DNA of 60,052 nucleotides, the filler included, from Ionaspis alba (taxonomy: Eukaryota): the NCBI GenBank assembly GCA_964255285.1. It is 3 parts of 3 records of this genome, joined end to end, with 100 filler letters (N's around TTAATTAATTAA, not from the genome) between each part and the next. Parts side by side here need not be neighbours in the genome. Positions count along the whole stretch, not along the records: positions 40,154 to 60,052 come from CAXUUL010000253.1; 2 more parts are not named here. One strand, given 5' to 3'. Every line of letters starts with the position of its first letter. Positions within the stretch are counted from its first letter, which is position 1. The position numbers were made by a program, and so were the translations under genes. The notes under the pieces are model-generated. The model worked only from the letters and a program-made list of their open reading frames with translations. It made no database searches and had not been told where the DNA came from. Below, one piece after another: positions 55,254 to 60,052 of this stretch.

Positions 55254-57133
55254 TCAAGCATGAGGATCATGCGTAAAATCTCCGAAATTATGCAAGCTGA
55301 TATCCATCCTATCCCTAGGTGGCGTCGAGTGTTCGCTTTCATCGTCATCCCTCTGTCTCTTGCCACTAGATCGTCGAGACGGCAAGATCATGCCCGATGA
55401 CTCCTCCGGACCGAAGTTCGGGCCAGAAGCAGCCACGATTGTCCCATCTCCATTCACTTCCACCCCATTTGCTGCCATCCTGATCTCTTCTTCACCAGCC
55501 GATCCGTTTGCCACAGCCTCTCTCGCACTTTCCATCACTTTCAGCTTCTTCGTCTCACCGCGCACTTTCTCCAGGTGCTCGAAGTAGCCGTCTTCTACAG
55601 GAGTCACGTAGGTCCCGCAGAAGACGCCGACTTCGAAGTCTTGGTTCGCGCGAGGCGAGAGCTCAGCACAGGCGGCTTTCAGATCGCTAAGTGATTGATA
55701 AATCACTTTGACGGCGCCGATGTGTTTTGCAATTGCGTTTTCGTCGCGATGATGGGCAATCAGTTCGGAGGGGGAGGCGAGATCTATGCCGTAGATGTGC
55801 GCGTGTCTTTAAGCTATTAGCTTGGGAATGTAGAAGCATCAAGATGATATACGTAATACGAGGAGCGCAGCTTGCAAAGTATACTTTGAGTGCGCCAGCT
55901 TCTCGAGCCATGTTCACAATTTCTCGACTTGTTGTGCCACGAACGATACTGTCGTCCACGAGTAGCACATTCTTGCCTTCGAATTTGATTCCCATGGGAT
56001 TGAGTTTCCGCCTGACTGATTTTTCCCGTGCTTTCTGACCAGGCATGATGAACGTGCGAAACACATAGCGGTTCTTGACGAAACCCTGACAGTATGGTTT
56101 TTTCAATCGCTCGGCCACACAGAAGGCTGAGGTATTGGCAGTCTCTGGAATTGGAATGACAACGTCAACATTGGCGAGTTCTTCAGAGCCGAGACGTTGA
56201 ATGATTGTGTCAGCGAGCTTGTAGCCCATACGCTCTCGACTTTCTTGTACACTGATTCCATCGATCACCGTGTCGGGTCTCGCGAAATAAACATATTCAA
56301 AGATATCTGGGGCGTATCGTATTTCTTGCTGCACTTGATGAAATAGGGGCTCAGCTCCTCGCTGAATGATGACCGCTTGACCAGGCTTGACATCGACGAC
56401 ATTGGTGAAGCCTCGCTGGTCCAGAGCTACGGACTCTGAAGCCATCATCCAGTCCGTGCCAGGTCCGTTCTCCGAAGGTCTCGATCCAATGACCAAGGGC
56501 CGGATACCGTACGAATCGCGGAAGCCTATCAAGCCAAAGCCTGCAGAATCCTTAGCACACATGTGGCACCCCAATATGTGCTTTCTCACCGGCGAGCATT
56601 GCAGTGCATGCCCAACCCCCAACACATCTATTGTACATTCTTTCCAAAGCGGCAAATATATCCCTATCGTTTACACGAGCCTTCCCAGTCTCGTTCAGCT
56701 CATTCGCAAATATGTTGAGCATAAGCTCGCTGTCGCTCTCGGTATTGATGTGTCTGTGTGCCTCGTAGTCCAGAAACTTCTTCAGCTTCGGGGCGTTGAT
56801 GAGATTGCCATTGTGGGCAAAGCAGATCCCATAAGGACTGTTCACGTAGAACGGCTGAGCTTCGGCATTCGCGCTGCTGCCAGCTGTAGGGTATCGTAGG
56901 TGTCCAATACCCATGTAACCTGGTAGGTCGGCCACTCTACCGCCGTCGTCACGGAAGACCTTTGCAGCCATTCCATTGCCTTTGCATTGGTATATCTTCC
57001 CCCCGGAAGCACATGTAGCAATGCCACACGCATCCTGACCTCGATGTTGTAGTAAGTATAGGGCTTCGTGGAGTTCAGAGGCAGCAGAGGTCTCAGATGG
57101 ATTGGCGTGGATTAAGGCAAGAATACCGCACAT
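55254..57133 (-). CDS. ADE4: Amidophosphoribosyltransferase, 3 coding exons
   Basis: Ntn start [43 protein letters not shown] loop [12 protein letters not shown]. Introns 56541-56589 and 55807-55852. Confidence 0.97.
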
Positions 57134-58956
57134 TTTGCTTCAGTACTGTGAATACAAAGTCCCAGTCAGCTATGATCTCAAGAGATGTAGTCGCTGGCCA
57201 CAATCGGCGGGTGTAAGTGGTTCAGATATGATACATCTCCGCACGAATGATCTCGGAAGTCTAACATCTAAAAGTAATAGGAATCATCTCAACTAGATAT
57301 GGCTAGGAAGGAGCAAGGAGATACTGAAAATACACCTACCCTCGTAGCTGTGAAGTTCTGATATCAAGCTCTTCCTGAGTTCCACGCTCAGTAAGCGGGG
57401 TCTGTCTGGGTAAGACCAGTAACGAAGACCAAGAGATCCTAGGTCTCTAGAGTTCTGCTGCCATTGCGTCGGACATAGTCTTCATTTCCCCCAAAGACGC
57501 TGAAATGACTCCTGTATATAACGAGAGCAGGGGGAGGAACGACTTTTTGGTCGCATGACAGACTGCATCTTGGTGATTTGAGCCATTTCTCTTTTCCCCA
57601 CATGTCCGATAGGAAAAAGTTTTACGCGGCTCTGGGAATAGCGCTTCGCTTGTTGTTCATGGCACCATGCCAAGCCGTCATCGGCAGCAATCCCGGAGCG
57701 ATGAGATACAGACCTCCATCAAACCAGGAACAATTTTCTGTCAAGGCCATACACTGCATGAACACCGACATACGATTGTCCGTAATTGATCCGGAGTTCC
57801 AATCCCACCCTGTCAACCTGTATCTTCTCTCTGCAGGTTCTGATCCAGAGACTGTTACCTGCAGGATAAGACAGGTTCCCACTTTCCATACGCCCACAAT
57901 AATTTTCTGACCAATGTTGTTGTCTCTCCATCATGTCCTTAGCTGGCTCATCGTAGGGCGTATGAAGTCAAGGGTCTCCTTAGGGACTGTACGACGTCAG
58001 CTATCGTCTTTTACTTGTCAATAAACATCATGGCTCGGACCTGCCCTTGTGTGACCCTGGATTGCCATGGCCTCATTGCTCCCGACACACTTCGGTCTTG
58101 AAGATCGTAGTGTTTCTCACAGTGGATACTACAAGATAGTGGTATCTTTGACAGATTGTAAGGAAAGGTTGTCAAACAAGCGACATCCTGCAAGATGTTG
58201 TAATCGTCTGTGCCTCGACACAATGTGCCGTCAGATGTCGATGCTAGTGATGCTCGGCTTCGTATCTGGTTAAGATAGACAGCTCGATGGTTCCCTTTGT
58301 TTCAAGGTGCCTTGATAGCCGTAGGTGTTGCGTCATTCATATACAAGTCAACATTCCTTCAATGTTTCTTCATCCACCAAGACTTCCTAACCGCTCGTCC
58401 TGCATTCTTTTGTGCGGCTCCTCTATTGAACAGACGGATCGCCTGCCTCTCACGCTAGTCTCTAATACACAAGCCTTTCCGCTGTTGTTCTCTATCTTAT
58501 CGGCTTCTGCAGAAGCCCACAATCCTCTCAACTTGCACCTTCAGTCTTGCGAGCCTCCCTCATATTGACGGCACATCGAATAGTCAGATCTAGCGAGTTC
58601 CTTGATCTGCATACTTCATCTCGTGCTGATTAGGTCTCTTATCAGAGCATTATCACCGGGCACACCGAGAATGGCCTAGTGCGTTGTTTTCCTTCCATAA
58701 TATAAGTCAAACAGGTACTGATGCACGGCCTCTCGGGCTGAACCTTTCAGACGTCTTTCACTTCTCCTTCTTGACTACAACTACCACATCAAAGTTGTGG
58801 GGAAGCTTTACGCAAGACTGCCTACCTGAAGAGTTGGAGCTCTGTGCGATCTAGAAATCAGGACGTGTTCAATCTTCTCAATCGCTGTACGACACTACAT
58901 TCATCCTCTTCTGACATTTCTGCTCTATTTACTGACAAGTTGCTCCAACCAGGATC

Positions 58957-60052
58957 ATGGAAATCAATTCACCCAGGGGATCGCGCAATGCTCGTGAAAT
59001 TGAGACTATTGACGTCGATAAAGAGGTTATAGATTTGGACCCAGAGGTTATGATGGGGGATCAAGAACTCCCTAACTCTGACGATATAATGAGTGAAGTA
59101 GAGTTTGAACGCTGGATGGCGTGTCAACAAGAAATGCAGAAGCAGCCGAAGCATTTCAGGAACTCGCGGAATAGAGCGAATAACATCAGGAATGGACCAG
59201 TTATGCCTCCACTCGTCATCTTAGATCAATGCGAACACCGCGGTCAACTTCTCCGTTCGAGAGTCAACGTGGAGCTAAAAGACGGCGACTTCATGAGGAT
59301 CACCCATATTATCAAAAACGTCTCAACCGATGAGGTACTACTCCGCGGCCGCTTGTTCCGCAGGCTCACCTTCATGAATGGAACTCTAGAGAGGAAGATC
59401 AATGAGATATGCTGGATATTACACGTTGATGAAGATGATGCAAGATGTCTGGAAGAACAGAGTCTAGAAGAGATTAGTCTCAGCCAAGTCATCAAGAGAC
59501 GTGCCTTAAAGCTCACCAACCAAGAATTTCCGGCACTTAGTTGGCGAGAAGAGAACATCGGGTTCAAACAGCTTGAGGAAATTGTTAGAAATGATCGCGT
59601 TCTTGTATGCCGATGGAAATACGTCTGTTCATACGCAAACGCTTTGGCACGCAAAAACAACGTTCATTCCAACAAAATCGTGTCACGTCTACAGCAGCAC
59701 GAGTCAGACAAAGAATGTGGCCTCGACGATGATATCTTGACAAAACAATGGAGGGGTAAGCCCATGCCAGGCGGTGCATCTTTTCTAATGACTCGTAAGG
59801 AGATCGAGCACCGGCAGACGGAACAAATCCTCGCGCAACAGGCCTTAAAACAACTCAGGCCAGCGGATTGTATGTCTCTGCGCCCGAGGAAACGTTCGAT
59901 CTCGGAGAGCATCAGCCACCCTTCTCAACGTGACACCGTAGATCTTACGGTGGACAACGATCTTCAGGCCGGGTTGCAGCTGATTTCGCTGGGTACAGAA
60001 CAGTACGGCAACCCATCCTCAGGAAAGGAGTTTCCCGGATCATGTGAAGAAA
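58957..60052 (+). CDS. rid: 5' part of a probable RID/Masc1/DmtA-family C5 cytosine methyltransferase (runs off the window)
   Basis: Stop-free frame of 365 codons from ATG 58957 to the window end, absent from the ORF track. Contains VELKDGDFMRI...VLLRGRLFRR...NGTLERKINEICW...LTNQEFP...LVCRWKY...QWRG, recognised as the BAH-like N-terminal region of this family. The catalytic domain is not in the window. Confidence 0.72.
   Translation, partial: MEINSPRGSRNAREIETIDVDKEVIDLDPEVMMGDQELPNSDDIMSEVEFERWMACQQEMQKQPKHFRNSRNRANNIRNGPVMPPLVILDQCEHRGQLLRSRVNVELKDGDFMRITHIIKNVSTDEVLLRGRLFRRLTFMNGTLERKINEICWILHVDEDDARCLEEQSLEEISLSQVIKRRALKLTNQEFPALSWREENIGFKQLEEIVRNDRVLVCRWKYVCSYANALARKNNVHSNKIVSRLQQHESDKECGLDDDILTKQWRGKPMPGGASFLMTRKEIEHRQTEQILAQQALKQLRPADCMSLRPRKRSISESISHPSQRDTVDLTVDNDLQAGLQLISLGTEQYGNPSSGKEFPGSCEE

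Overview
Eukaryotic DNA from a filamentous ascomycete (Pezizomycotina-type genes with short spliceosomal introns). The window is not one contiguous locus. Two N44-TTAATTAATTAA-N44 linkers (20048-20147, 40054-40153) join three ~20-kb pieces, and the first piece also has four 100-N gaps. Piece A (1-20047): an uncharacterised membrane-anchored protein, an SDR (L-xylulose/sorbose reductase type), a HeLo-like/ankyrin-like gene, a periplasmic-binding-fold protein, a sulfotransferase-like P-loop protein, a small secreted protein and exopolyphosphatase PPX1. Piece B (20148-40053): housekeeping genes PUP2, SPC97, KRR1, a LaeA-like methyltransferase, an RS-tailed cyclophilin, a PhiA-like wall protein, IFA38, ERG28 and GAL7. 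Piece C (40154-60052) is the most interesting. It holds a 350-bp hAT-type MITE (8-bp TSD, 13-bp TIRs) inserted in a decayed RING-finger gene, a Zn2Cys6 transcription factor, a HhH-GPD DNA glycosylase, ADE4, and an ORF missing from the supplied track (58957 to window end) that resembles the N-terminus of the RID/Masc1/DmtA cytosine methyltransferase. Family assignments come from motif recognition by eye; no database searches were run.
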